Shown here: piece by piece, positions 1 through 13,833 of the stretch | Layout: every line of letters starts with the position of its first letter | Numbering within the stretch: the first letter of the stretch is position 1 | Source of the DNA: Octopus sinensis | Taxonomy: Eukaryota | Direction: 5' to 3' | Assembly (NCBI RefSeq): GCF_006345805.1 | Contig: NC_042999.1 | Span: 46,934,001 to 46,998,000, forward strand | Length of the DNA stretch: 64,000 bases | Translations under genes and position numbers: made by a program | Notes under the pieces: generated by a model | The model's input: the letters and a program-made list of their open reading frames with translations, nothing else | Databases searched by the model: none | Told to the model about the DNA's origin: nothing

Positions 1-207
1 GCTGTTGTTTGTGGAGACTTATTTTTGTAGTAAGAGTAATAGTAGCCCTTTGAGTACTATTTCTAAAATTTCGGTATGTGGCTTAAGCAACTTGTTGCAA
101 AAAACCCTTTATTATAATTATATAATTTTTACCGAATATGGTCCTTTCCATACCGAAATACTACTCGGTGTAATTTATTGATTTTATTAAATTAATTATA
201 TTTCACC

Positions 208-209
<2 letters not shown>

Positions 210-259
<50 letters not shown>

Positions 260-268
260 ATATATATA
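210..268. repeat. (AT)n microsatellite
   Basis: Direct reading of TA dinucleotide run. Confidence 0.95.
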
Positions 269-269
269 C

Positions 270-1090
270 AGGATGAGTGAAAAGTAAGTAAACATTAAAA
301 ATTGTTAATAAAATCCATACTCCTCTGACAAATTTAGTGTTATTTCGAAAGAGAAAACCAAATTATTCCGTTTATGGCAGCGAAAACTTTTTATTTAATA
401 CAATGCAAATTACGATGAAGACATCCCACCATCTTGGGATATAAGGAACAGCAATCAGCCTAATATTCAGCAATAGTTTCCCGATAGATCTAGCATAAAT
501 TAAGGTTACTGTTTACCAAATAGGAGGAAACATTCAAAAACTCATATTCAACTAGAAAACTTATGAAAATAAACGCCAGAGCAAGAAAATCCAGAACGAA
601 AGCGCAGTGACCAATACACACTGTTGATGAAGAAAACGTCTATATCAACTGAAATAAGGCAGAATTCATATCTATTTGTCAGCACAACAAACCCCAAAAC
701 ATAAAAGACATAGGAAACGTTTTTCAGACACCTGAACAGATATGCTCTGCAGTTATTCATTTAACAGAAACAGATTTAAATAATGAATTTCAACATCATG
801 TAAAAGGACAAAAATTTATGCCTTCACTAACGGTGGAACATCAAGCCTTAGACGATTTAATCCAAAAGGTCTATCGAATATTGCGATCGCTTGTTTTTCT
901 TCCGTAGCACCAATGAAGTGGATGAATCCCTGATAAGGAACAAATAGAAAATTGCCACACCAGACAGAAGCATCAAACACAAGATCTGTACATTTACATC
1001 CGTTCCAAATATACAGTTAAACAACGTACTAGTGTCAGATCACATTACTACCAACGAGAGATTTTACAACTTAGATCTCTCCACAACAAT
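270..1090 (-). mobile_element. Highly degenerate Tc1/mariner-superfamily transposon relic
   Basis: Minus-strand frames give broken motifs in the expected order: VM(W)SD near 1045, VWCG near 960, LHDVEIHY (QDGAxxH-like) near 790, FWG near 695. TIR-like TA|CAGGATGAGTGAAAAGT at 268-290. No left TIR found. Confidence 0.45.
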
Positions 1091-4000
1091 GATACAATAG
1101 TTAATACACAAGCAAATAAAGTATCTTGGCATTTTTTCCTAATTTAATCATAATTTCAATATATTTTAGAAGAATTGAGCGTCCTTCTGAGCAACCTATA
1201 TTCAAGTGTGCGTGTGTGTGTCTGCGTTTGTGTGTGAAAGAGAGATTGAGATAGCCTGTTTGTGTGTGTAATGTGTGCGTAAGTGTATGTATGCGTGTAC
1301 ACACGCATACACACAAACACACGCACACACACATTTATATATGTATATCACTTAATGAAAATGCACTTAATAAGTAGAGATCTATATCGTTGGTCTAAAG
1401 ATATAGATCTATTTCGGAGCAAACCAGTGCTTTTTATGTTTGACAATCTCTACATATGTTATTATGAACACCTAATACAACTTATATTGCTTACAATCAA
1501 TTAAACTCTTTTAAAAACTGATTTGCTATTCAAAATGCAAATGTTATGAACATCATTGAATAATTCAAGATCGGTGTATTTGGGGAACTTTTCAGTTTTT
1601 TTAAACCATAATATAAAGCTTTATTTTCTATAATAATGTGAAATATTCAATATGAGTTGATATTAAATATTTTATTAACAGTGTTCTTTATGGAATCATT
1701 TATTCGACGAATTATTAATAGCAAGAAATTCAAACCTCTTTAATAACATAGCCTAATGTCTATCATAGTCTATACTTTTAATGCCGGGTTAGTTTTGGTA
1801 AAAGGGTTAGGGAAATATATTATCTTGAAGTTGTATTAGTTGAAAAATATGCTGAGTGGGAGTCATCGCGAGTGAATATCACTTGATAGCACGTACCATA
1901 CTTTTGTTATTCATTTAAGGTGTGTAGTTTGTCGGAGTAGATGCAAAAACCACCTCGGTTCCTCGAAGTCTCAATAAATTTAACAAGCTATGGCTGATAG
2001 AGGGAAACATAGCGATACCAGCACTTACTGAAGCAATGTTAAATTAAATGGCTTTACCAAAGTCAAAACACTCTACAGGCTTCAAAAGTTGAACTCATAA
2101 CTTTAAGATTATGATACATTGTCTTCTAGGATCTAGGACACACATATTCACTTTGTATTATTTATATAGCAAATAATTTCATCTGAGACAGTGTGTTGAA
2201 TCTTAAATACTTTCATTGTTGTGGAGTCACGGAAGCTATTTAAGATATAACATAGGATACTGAAACAATTCTCTTCCCCCTGTAAGAATATCTAGATGGA
2301 AGTTGATAGTTATAAACAGGGCCACACGTTGGTATACCAGGCAGCTGCACATTGCTATAGATATGAACTATAAATTCTTCACATCAGTATTGATTTCTTA
2401 CAATGTTACAATGCCACTTAAGGATGAAAAAGTTGGGATAAGTTTAAGCTCGTAATAGATAACAGGCTCAGATAAGAGGATTTCAAGAAAAGCAAGTTAT
2501 ATCTAGTGTCTAGAGAGGATCAAATATTATATTCGTATCTTAAAACAGACATATTTCAAACACAACACATATTTTCTTGCTTCTGTTGTTGTTGCTAACA
2601 GTTTTTATGTGGTGGGCGGTTGATAGCGAAAGTAAAAGGAAATTTCATAAATGGGTAACAGAAATATGACGCCATCTCGGCTCATCGGGAGATTACCCCG
2701 TATTTTATAGCGATCAGTGGTCCGTTACATTTCTATGGAGAACGTTATACGAGTGATAACAAAAATCATAATCTTTCTGCGAGTTGAGGTTGTGTTTCAT
2801 GTTCGATTTCGGTTAGTAGATATTTTTTCAAGAGATATTAAAACAAAAATTAAAGAAAAAAATGAACGGTATACTGAGAACATTTTTTTTTATCCATGAA
2901 GTGATTTGCTAATAGATTCCGCTAATTACGAAGATCTAGTAATTCTTTTTATTCTAATGGTGCCTAGAATAGATATATTTTTATGCGTCTTTAAAAGTCT
3001 TTATGGAAAGTAATATATGCTATAATCCTTCTGCCACTTCTAATTACTCTCCATATATTTATAGAATTCACCTGTCATAAGAGATATAAAATACAGATAT
3101 ATGTATGATTAACTATACAACCAATTTATGTAGAGTATATTTCGGATATTAATGTTAGCCGTTATCTTATTACACATGGTTTAAGTGCGATAATGTAGCA
3201 ACACGTGAAAAGAATAGAAAATAAGTTAACTTGTCTTACTTATTACATTCGTATGTAATTTTACGTTGCGGTGTCAAATCCTGCTAGTGTCAGCTTTGCT
3301 AGTCATTATTCTCAGCTTCCATAAAATAGGTGTAAGTTATGTGATCTGAGTTTATGTATCAATTTCCCTCGCCTCTTCAAATCTACGTTTTTGTTTGCTT
3401 ATCATAAATTTATTTTTATTCATGACTTAAGCGCATTAGATATAAGAATTGATAGAGCTTTGTACGAAATCATTTTGGGAAAAGTTAGTTATATCCCATT
3501 ATGTTTTTTTTTAGGTCAGCTCCCACCAGATTAGGTTCACTTGTTGTCTGATTGGAATTCGAAAGAACAATTAGTACACCGGTGCTAGTACGATTAAACA
3601 TTTGTCATCAAACCCAAAACTTGTCTCTTATCGATGTTTAAAAATCATTATTAAATGTGTGAGTGATTGAAAATCCAAAGTGAGAATGTACTGACAGAAG
3701 CCATATATAAAGTGATACAATTATATGCATTTGTATAACAAGGGAATATAGTTGTATAACTTTATATCTAGCACTGTTGATAACGCATTCATGATGGAGC
3801 CTCTACTTAACGCTTTTGTAGATTTTCAAATGGAACATTGAGCCATGTCGCAAACTATATTCCCTAACAGTTGTTTTAAAAATCGTTTGTTCTTATACAC
3901 AGAACGTTGGTCAGATCGCTATCAGTTGACGTTTAGATTGATTGGTTGAGAGTCGTGCAGGAAGATCACTTCAAAGCTCTAGATCAGTAGGTACGTCATA

Positions 4001-4829
4001 TGACAGTCAGAATAGTATCTATGACACGTGAAATTCATATCCCACTAAAGGGATGTTTCAGATTTTCCCTGCGTCCAGTAGCTATGTGAACAGCTATTAT
4101 CTTATTTAGCCAAGGCGTTTTGACTTTTGTGTGTTATATATACCGTTTTCGTGAATGATTCAGATTTTTCTTAGCAAAATGTTGTCAAAACGTGTTGAAA
4201 ATTAAATGCTACTTGTAACCTATTTTCAAATGAATAAGTTTGACTTCATTGTTTTGTACGACTCAAAAGCTGCACAAATTAGCGAGTCCTAACGCCATAC
4301 ACACTTATATTATAACTACGATTCCAAGTATTTCGTTCTGTTCGACTGGAGTTGGGAAAGCCTGGTAACGTGCTTCGATTTTAAACATAACACGAAATAC
4401 ACATGAACACACATGCATATGTATATATAAGTACATACATTTATACAAACACACACATATTTAAAAGAGAGATTAAAAAATTTAGGCAGATATTAATAAA
4501 GCAATCAATTTTATTATAATAATTTAGTTAACAATATCCAACAACCAGACACCAATATATGTAAGTAGAATACAGATCTAAGGTAATTCCTCGTACATGA
4601 CAAGAAGATCCAAATTTCATTCAGGAGCATTTCGTGAAATTCCGAGCTTTTGACAACAAAAGAATTCGCAGAAAGAATATGTGTGCGTACATATATTTAT
4701 GTATACGTACGCATATATTCATTTCTTTGCATCAAATATCAAGGTTGGGTCTTTTGATGGGAAAATGTGGGTAGCGATAATTGGCATTTAAGGCAACAGA
4801 AACCTCTCAAGTGCTCTTTGAGTGTTTAT

Positions 4830-4980
4830 ATTACCGTAACTTAGCAGTTCCACAAAAGGCATCGGTGAGATAAGGACGAGACTTTCAGAATAATGTACTA
4901 GGGTCGTTTTGTTCGACTAAAATTGTTCAAGGCAGTGCCCAAGCATGGCCACTGTCCAATGAGTGAAACAAGTAAGAGAA
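4830..4980 (+). mobile_element. Degenerate 3' part of SINE family A
   Basis: cgtaacttagcagttc...gcatggccactgtccaatgagtgaaacaagta matches the 3' end of the family A copy at 19901-20305. Confidence 0.7.
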
Positions 4981-5030
4981 AATATATGTGTGCTTGTGCG
5001 TGTGTGTGTGTCTAATTATACTCTCTCTCT

Positions 5031-5242
5031 TTTACTCTTTTAACTGTTTCAATCATTTGACTGTAGGTATGCTGGAGCACCGCCTTTAGTCGACCAAATC
5101 AACCCCAGGACTTATTCTTTGTAAGCCTAGTACTTATTCTATCGGTCCCTCTTTTGCCGAACTGCTAAGTTACGGGGACGTAAATACACCAGCATCAGGT
5201 ATCAAGGAAGTGGGGGCGGGGGGCAAATACAGACACACAAAA

Positions 5243-5291
<49 letters not shown>

Positions 5292-5456
5292 CAACGGGCT
5301 TATTTCAGTTTTCGTCTACCAAATCCACTCAGAAGGATTTGGTCGGCCCGAGGCTATAGTAGAAGACACTTGCCTAAGGTGCCACGCAGTGGGACTGAAC
5401 CCAAAACCATGTGGTTCGTTAGCAAGCTACATACCACGCAGCCAATCCTAGGCCTA
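5031..5456 (-). mobile_element. Full-length tRNA-headed SINE, family A (CORE-like, internal CA/TA microsatellite)
   Basis: Reverse complement of the 19901-20305 copy: head taggcctaggattggctgcgtggtatgtagcttgc, core ttaggcaagtgtcttctactatagcc, tail cagtcaaatgattgaaacag. Confidence 0.9.
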
Positions 5457-6204
5457 CAGGGAAATTATTATTTTCAGGATCGAACAAAACCGAGTTATTT
5501 TGATAAGAAAACCGCCCATTGAGAGTCGAGGAGGAGCATGCCCGTGTATCAACAGTGTGTACGAACATTCACGTACTTACTAAAGCATATACAGATTTGT
5601 CGTTCCAGTTAAGCATCCGTACACAAGTATAGAGTAAATACAATCAGCGTGTACGTCAAATTACTCAACAGGATACTCCGTTTTGGGGTCCTTGTTTCAC
5701 TGTAGGTTCAAGATTCCACCACTATAGTTAGTAGTAATTTAAGCAATTAGTTCGCGGAGGATTAATGGGTTGGGAGGGTGATGATGAAGGAGCAAAAATT
5801 AGCCACCAGTAGTGGATTTAATAGAAATCGAACCATTGATGAAGTACTGCTAAAAAGAAAATATGTTTGTTAAATTGACAGGTAAAAGAAGGAAAGACAA
5901 AAGAGAAGGAAAAAACAGAAAAAGGAGAAAAAAAGGAAACAAAAAAGAGTAAAGTGTTTTATGTTATGTTTAAAACATATTTAAAAATAGAAGAACAATT
6001 GTAGAGAATGTATATAACGGTTCAAATACTTGCAAAGGTATGTAACAGTATAATTAATTTTTATGTAAATACATGATAAAAATGGACTGTAAAAAAAATT
6101 AATGGTACTGCATGTGATGAGGCGCACATGCAGCCATTCATAACCTCATTGTTATATAATCACCTCATTCCTATTCGTTTTATGTATTGCCCCCTCTGTG
6201 GTGA

Positions 6205-6265
6205 CCTGTTTGTTCTTGTTTGTCCCCCTCTATTTTGGGCCCTTGTGGCTAATAAAGAAACAAAG
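6205..6265 (+). mobile_element. SINE family B tail fragment
   Basis: gtttgttcttgtttgtcccctctattttgggcccttgtggctaataaagaaa resembles the tails at 47710-47770 and 47895-47953. Confidence 0.6.
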
Positions 6266-6840
6266 ATGGAGCAAAAATTCCTGAAATATGTCATATACGC
6301 CCGTTACCCAATTTTTCTCCTCGATGCCATTGTTTATTTACACCTAGAATCTCGGATATGAAACGTCCTAACAAAATCTCTTCTGGCTATAATTTCTATA
6401 TAAAAGCTGCAGAGATAAATTTAACAAGTGATATAAGAGCACTGCTAATAACAGAATAGAACAAAGTACTGACTTATAAAAAAACGTTTTATATACTTTG
6501 TAGTATATGATGGTTGTATAACGAAATACAGTGTCCCTTAATGTATATATAATGTTAGATAACTTATATTGCAAATTACCATAAGTTGAGATAAAGAAGA
6601 AATGAATTACTGATGAAAGCGCAACAGCGAAATGAAATTATATAACAAGAACAAAAGCGAAAACTACTTCCTCAAATTATAAAAATAAGGACAGATAAAA
6701 ATGTAAAGATAAACCTAGATAGTAAGATAAGGTGTGTGTATATATGGATATGTATGTGCATGCACGTGAGCCCGCCCACGTGTGTGATTGTAAAAGAAAG
6801 TGATAAAGATGTACTTTCTGAAATTGCATTCGTAGGGAAT

Positions 6841-6844
<4 letters not shown>

Positions 6845-6892
<48 letters not shown>
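6845..6892. repeat. (AT)n microsatellite
   Basis: Direct reading. Confidence 0.95.
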
Positions 6893-6896
<4 letters not shown>

Positions 6897-7051
6897 TATA
6901 TCTATATATTTATATGCATACCCACACACAATCATGCATTTAGGTTTAGAAAAAGAAGATAAAAGAAAAAATTTTCATCCTGAAATTAGAAATAAAATGA
7001 GGAAGAGATAGAGACGAAGTGAGTTGGAGACGGAGAGAGAGTGATAAAAAG

Positions 7052-7124
7052 AGAGAGAGAGAGAGAGAGAGGGAAAGAGAGAGAGAGAGAGGGAAAGAGA
7101 GAGAGAGAGAGGGAAAGAGAGAGA
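7052..7124. repeat. (GA)n with periodic GGGAAA interruptions
   Basis: Three gagagagagagagagggaaa-type units. Confidence 0.9.
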
Positions 7125-9032
7125 AATTAACCAATAGCTTATTCGAAATGCATTATTATATAAAACAATGCAAAATGCACACGCAGGCACACATATCAAA
7201 CTAAACGAACATATATGAATGGAACTACCTGAGAAAACTGAAGACAGATGGAAAGAGCAGAGTAGAGGGACAAATTTAATATATTAACGATTACTTAGCG
7301 TTGTAAGAAATATTATCTGCCGCTTCATCATCTCATCGTCTCGACATTTGCGAAAAATATGTGGTTATACATATCAACTTGAGAACTTATATATTACCTA
7401 TTTTAGCGGCACCGAGTTGACGCCTCACATTTTCGATCACAGCTGTATTTGAAACTAGTGGGTTAATGTTCGTAAATAGTTTTGGAAAGTATTCAAATGA
7501 TTTTGCAGTCTAATGATTATTACTAACAAATGCACACAATCGAATAATATGCGCGGAGTAAACTGTCTGTTGGTGCAACCTCAATGTGTCAAAAGTATTT
7601 ATTTTTATCGATGCTTTAATTATGAAATGGGAAGTAAACTCCAGCATGGAATGATACACTAGAAAGATATTTTAATTCTCGCTCTCACATTATTGCTATC
7701 CCCCACCTCACACAGTGAATTCTGCTTTAATAGGGACGAAAGAGTATATTTGTATTCTTCAGACGGATACCTATATTTCAGAACAGGATTGGGCGCAAAA
7801 CTACGAGGGGCTCTCTACACGTCAAATTTTTCTCTTTGAAACAGTAGTCAAACCTCCACAAAGTCTAACAAACCGTATCATTTTTATAAATGAAGGACAC
7901 TATCAATAATGTGCTCTGAGATACTTATAGATCTCCCAGGGTCAATTATGGGCCCACTCCGCCATGGCTATCTTTGCTGACATGAAACCAAGTAATTTTC
8001 TTGAAGATACTTTTTGTTGAATAATCCTCCAAGTACAAGGATAGTATTTAATCGTATCTATCCAAAACGACAAAAATCATGTTCGAGTTTAGAATACGGA
8101 AAGAATGAGAGATTTGAAGAAGATAGTTTTTATTTGAAAATGACTTAAATTGGAAAAAAAGGAGTAAGTAAATATCTCTGCCTAATTACACAATCGGTCG
8201 CTTATATATTTAAGCATTTACTGACCTTTAATGATTACGTTACTTGGAGAACGAAACTAAAATTGTTGGATTCCAGTCTATAATTCTAAAATAAATCTTG
8301 TTTCAGTCTGAAGTACGTTTGAGCACACAGACTCATGCAAGACGGCAATAATAGCATTTTACATTGTTTGCTTGAGGTGTTTGCTGTAACGATGTGGAGA
8401 AAATCTGTTTCGCTCATTTGATTTAATTGAGATATAGGGCGATAAATTGAATCTCGCATGGGTGACTCTGCAATACCATGGGTTATTCTTGCACTTTTCA
8501 TGGATATGAATGCATGAATGAATTGTTAAAATCACTTATAGGTAGTTCTGGGATAATGTACGAAATGCAGTGAGAAAATGGGACCCTTAATTACGAGTGA
8601 TTACGAAATTGGGGGCTTGTTAACAATTTGAAAAATCATTAGCGTTAATGGCACTTCTTGTCAAAGGGACAAAGGAGAGAAATTGGAAATTCAAAATAGT
8701 TATAAAAATATGAAGATGCTCTTGGGATTTAGATGGGGCATAAACATTTAAGTGGATGTGTTTGATTGTTTTATAAGTAATTCATATGATTATAAGTTTA
8801 TATCATTAATATTCGTTTCCACGGAACCAGAGTCTAAATCCCTTAGAACTTACCCCTTTTGTTTTATTTATTCACAATATTCAAATCTTTGATTGTGACA
8901 GATATTTCAAATAAAGTAAACCTGTGAAGCGTATATTATGAATTTGTCTGAGACAAACTCGTCACCCTTTACCACGCTTTGGAATCACTCTGTGCATAAA
9001 TAAGAAATTTAAAAGTAGGTCACCATTTGTAT

Positions 9033-9225
9033 GTCTTTTCTACATGTTTCAGTCAATAAATTGCGGCTATTGTGCAGCACGGCCTTCAATATCCGTACTT
9101 AGTTTTTAATCTATTCTAGCCTCTCTTTTGCCGAACCACTAAATTACATAAACGGTACTGGGTACATAAACTCACCCGGACCGGTTGTCAGGCAGTGGTG
9201 ACGGAATAAACACGCACACACACAT
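9033..9225 (-). mobile_element. Degenerate SINE family A 3' fragment
   Basis: catgtttcagtcaataaattgcggc...ctcttttgccgaaccactaaattac...ccggttgtcaggcagtggtg. Confidence 0.7.
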
Positions 9226-9226
9226 A

Positions 9227-9430
9227 TCTATTATATGAAATCCGTTCTGTGTACGCGTGTGTGTCTTCTAGGATCTCGAGCATCCTCCATCCGATTGCGC
9301 CCAAATTTGATATGAAGATACCGACGGTATCAGGGCGTGTATAAGTCTTGAAAAAAGTACAAAAATCGATTCCAGGTGAGAATGCTATCGATAAAACCGT
9401 TTGTGTCCTGCTTTTCATCCGTCAACCTGT
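9227..9430 (+). mobile_element. Non-autonomous Helitron-like 5' module, copy 1
   Basis: A|TCTATTATATGAAATCCGTTCTGTG...ccgattgcgcccaaatttgatatg matches the TC-TATA-(TG)n-'ccgatt..aaattt' layout of short animal Helitrons. No 3' CTAG seen. Confidence 0.55.
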
Positions 9431-9510
9431 ATATAACTACACCTTCCATTTTTTTTTGTTTTTGTACTGCTTAAAGGCACATTTATTTCCTGCCAAGCTT
9501 GCTGCTTAAA

Positions 9511-9948
9511 CCATGTTTGTGTTCTCCCAGTCAAAAGCCTTATCATTACTGGTACTTTAAAATCTTCGGTTGCATATTTGTGTGAATAAAATCGTTTTTC
9601 TTTGGAATAGAAAAAAAGTCCATCTTTATTTCTTCTTTTGCTGTTGTCTCAAATTTAGGTTAAATCAGTGTTTCTTAAAGGGGAGGCCTATGGGACGGTC
9701 GGACAAGTTGTTTTGAGAAAATTTGGTTTAGATGTTTGACAACTCAGCACCGTCCATTGGACGAGGGGCGTTTTGCGCGCGTGTATATATATACGTACGA
9801 CGAGCTTTTTTACAGATTCCGTCTCCCAAGTCCACCCACAAGGATTTGGTCGATTATAGTAAAAGACATTTTCCCCAGATACCACCTAGCGGGACGGAAC
9901 CCAGAACCACGTGGTTAGGAGGCAAGCTTCTTACTACACAGCCACGCC
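9511..9948. repeat. Duplicated block (unique-looking spacer + SINE A head on minus), copy 1
   Basis: Aligns by eye to 11642-12036 (offset ~2.13 kb), e.g. ccatgttt.tgttctcccagtcaa.agcctt...aaatttaggttaaatcagtgtttct.aaagggga. Confidence 0.9.
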
Positions 9949-10930
9949 GTTCAACTGACTTAACAAAAAGTCTTAAGAATATCAGTATTATAAACACATT
10001 ATGAATCAATATCATGGAAAAATTGATGAACGGCAGAAAAAATACGTGCCCTCGTAGAAACTTATGATATTTAGTTATGTTTGTTCATATTATAAACTTG
10101 ATTTGAAATTCCATCCAAAAATAAATCGATAAAATACGTATTAGCAATATACCAGGGTATTCCATCGATCAACTATATTCATACCCAATATATTTGTAGC
10201 CGCGTGCTAAAACTGGTAATCAATATTATTGATGCATGAAAATCGTCAAAACGTTAAATTATACAAATCTATAAATTAAGACAGGAAACAGGTTTGCTTA
10301 TCATTGACTCCTTCGGAAAGAATTAAAATTTAATACAATTTGTTTTTGCGAATTGATCTTTTTAAAGTAACAGAATCAATAAATATTCAGCGTAATCAAG
10401 TTAAAATTTCTAAAAAAATTTCTAATCAAGTAGAATATAAAAAAATTAGGCATTACTTTTTCATTAAATTTCTTTAGTTGTGTAAAGTCAAAATTATTTT
10501 GAAATGCAAATAAATATTTATACAAACTGCCAATTGGTAATAGAATTTCCGAAAAAGATAATTTCTTGAAATAATCAAAGATTGCCCTACGAAACATATT
10601 TTACTACTATTACCACGACAGGATTTCTTAAAAATGAATGTCTTTAACACGAGGTTTATACGATTTTGAATTTTCAAGGATTCTTACCAAAAGCAATCTG
10701 TAAAGGGACACAAATTGAATAATTTACTTCATGATACGCACAAACATATATACACACACAATCACACACAAACACACCCACAAACACACACACACACATA
10801 TACACTTACATACACACAAATACACATACATATCCTATTTGCAACAGTGGGAATTATCTAATTTGTGGAACGCACTTTAACTGGATATTTAGCAAATTGA
10901 AGTCATATTCATGCCTGAGAAAGTAATATA

Positions 10931-10962
<32 letters not shown>

Positions 10963-11130
10963 CATGCATATATACATATATATATATATATATCCATTTG
11001 TATATACATACACGCAAGACACCTATATATAAATTTTAAGATTTCACAGGCATTGCGGCACAAACAAGCTAGTATGAGAACTCACTTCACATACATTTAA
11101 TATACAATATACTTTCAAAGTATATGTGTT

Positions 11131-11420
11131 TATATATATATTATATAAAACCCGTTCTGTCTGTCTGTGTGTGTGTATTCTAGGATTTCGGGCATCCTTC
11201 ATCCGATTGTGCTCAAGTTTGATATGTTATTTCTTTATTACCCACCAGGGGCTACGAAGAATGGCGGACATAACAAAACATGGGGGACATAGAACAACGT
11301 GATTAAATTTATGAGCAAATGAAAATTAAAAAATGATAATATGAAAGCGATGCTAACGGCCTCAAGTTTGATATGTAGATACCGACAGTATCGGGGCGTG
11401 TATAAGTCTTGAAAAATGCA
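11131..11420 (+). mobile_element. Non-autonomous Helitron-like 5' module, copy 2, with 133-bp insertion
   Basis: Homologous to 9227-9360. Insert 11228-11360 is flanked by the 16-bp direct repeat ctcaagtttgatatgt (11212-11227, 11361-11376). Confidence 0.6.
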
Positions 11421-11641
11421 CGTGCACTTTGCGCAATAAAAAGCCGGCTGGCAGTATATATAAGAGACCAAAAAACGTAAGATGCAAATGAGATATTTTC
11501 TGCAAACTTGGCATGAAGGAAGGAAACGCTATTTGGTTTCTCAAGAAGTTTTGTTTTTGCCTTAATTTCGTTTAACAATCCAAAATTTTTATTGAAATAA
11601 ATGCATGCTTAATTATTTTTTAATGAAAAGAACTCTTTAAA

Positions 11642-12036
11642 CCATGTTTATGTTCTCCCAGTCAACAGCCTTCTCATTACAGGTACTTTAAAATCTTCGG
11701 TTGCATATTTATGCGAATAAAATCGTCTTTTTTTGGAATAGAAAAAAAGTCTATCTTTATTTTTTCTTCAGCTGGTGTCTGAAATTTAGGTTAAATCAGT
11801 GTTTCTCAAAGGGGAAGTCTATGAGACGGTCGGAAAGTTGTTTTAAGAAAATTTGGTTTAAATATTTGACAACTCAACACCGTCCATTGGATGGCGGGGG
11901 CTTTTGTTCGTACATATATATACATACATACATACATACATATACGACGGGGTTATACAGTTTTGTGTCACGCAGTGCGACTGAACCCGGAAGCATGTGC
12001 TTGGGAAGGAAGCTACTTACTACACAGTCACTCCTA
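11642..12036. repeat. Duplicated block, copy 2
   Basis: Aligns to 9511-9948. The SINE A head fragment is internally deleted relative to copy 1. Confidence 0.9.
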
Positions 12037-12045
12037 TTTTATACT

Positions 12046-12079
<34 letters not shown>

Positions 12080-12349
12080 CACACACATATATATATATAT
12101 ACATATACACACACACACACATATATATATATATATTTAACAAGTTATTATAATAATATATTAATATATAATGGTTTCGAAATTTGATCAACAGGATATT
12201 GTTTCTCATCAGACGTTTCGACAATTACTCCGATTTAAAAGACATAGCATACCTCTTATTCATTCACGCTGAAAAACGACCGATAAATTTCAAAACGGTT
12301 TTAGTGTATAGAAACATACAATAAGATATTGCAATAACATATATATATA

Positions 12350-12393
<44 letters not shown>

Positions 12394-12620
12394 AGATAGA
12401 GAGAGAGAGAGGCAGACAGAGATACAAACACACATATATATATACATAGGAAGAATCATTTATGAGAAGTTATACTTGCAAATCTTGATCCGCAGTTGCA
12501 AATCTTAATATTCATACACTATTTAGTATCCATGTCACTATGGAAAGAAAACGGTCATATTTCAACACTGCGAACTCCCTTCATTAATCGAAAATTTGAT
12601 AGGTTCTTTTAGGCTAATCT

Positions 12621-13562
12621 TATCGAATGAATGGGTTTAACGTGGATTATATTAAGAGAAATGGTGTATTTGTTATTAAATATTTAGTGACTTGATAACG
12701 TATGGAAATCTACTTTTGTGTAGTCAGTATCCTAAATAAAAGGTTATTTAGAAAGCAGCTAAGTCCGACTGAATATAATCAAATTCCTCTGCTATCATGC
12801 ATCTATAACATCAAATATACTTCCCCTACCTTTATCTCCTCTATTTATCGCGGAGCTTATGAACTCTTCATTACAATACATGTACACAACTGCAATGTAT
12901 GTATAATTTTTCTATTATCTGGACATTATCTATTAACGTAAAAGCGTATCAGATACTCAGCGTGGTTAACAAACACAGGCTTTTGCTCACTTTGAACGGT
13001 CCCGGTCTATCCCTTTGATCTATATTCCATCACGAACCAGTCGTACGGAATCACTTTTATAATCATGATTATGCCATTATTTGCTCTAAAGAAAAACTTA
13101 CCAGTTTGGGAGAGAGATCATATCAAAAATGGCCTTCAATAGACAAAACAAACTTTGACATACGACATTTTTTTTATTTTCAAGTAGCTACCAAAAGTAA
13201 GTGAGAACATACAAGTTTTACAGCAGTAACATTTAACGACAGAAATATTCAAAAGTTAATTCTCTGCATTCCTTCCTCAATTTTTTTACCATCAGTATTT
13301 ATTTTCCGTTAATATGCGGCATTATATATCTTACTCAGATCTTCATATATTACCAGCTTCACACAGCCATTTAAATTATATATTTAAAATAGGTGGCTAT
13401 CGCAATTAAATATGAGTTTAACCTGGATTATATTAAGAGAAATTGTGTATTTGTTATTAAATAATTTAGTGTCTTGATAACGTATGGGAAGCTTCTACTT
13501 TTCTGTTGTCAGACTCCCAAATCAAAAGTCATTTAGAAAGCAACTAAGTTCGACTGAATATA
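12621..13562 (+). repeat. Dispersed direct repeat, ~160 bp x2 (12621-12777 and 13398-13562)
   Basis: tggattatattaagagaaat.gtgtatttgttattaaat..ttagtg.cttgataacgtatgg...atttagaaagca.ctaagt.cgactgaatata present twice. Confidence 0.9.
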
Positions 13563-13782
13563 TTATATATATATATATATATATCGTAGGCTCGAAACGT
13601 AAAATACTTTTTCTATTCCTGAGCGCTATACTAATACATCTGTTTGTTTGTACACCACCTGCCTTCGTCTTTTGTTTATTTTCGTAAACTTTCCCTTTAT
13701 ATATATATATAAACCATCCGATTTTCTGAGTACCTCATTTCTTCTAATATAAAATACCTGTACATCATCTCCAAACCTTCCA

Positions 13783-13833
<51 letters not shown>

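Noticed and set aside
7900-8000. LPGSIMGPL resembling RT motif PQGSxLGP
   Set aside because: No neighbouring RT motifs in any frame.
12195-12225. Minus-strand gtcgaaacgtctgatgagaaac hammerhead-like words
   Set aside because: Core elements are in the wrong order or lack pairing partners. At best an unrecognisable relic.
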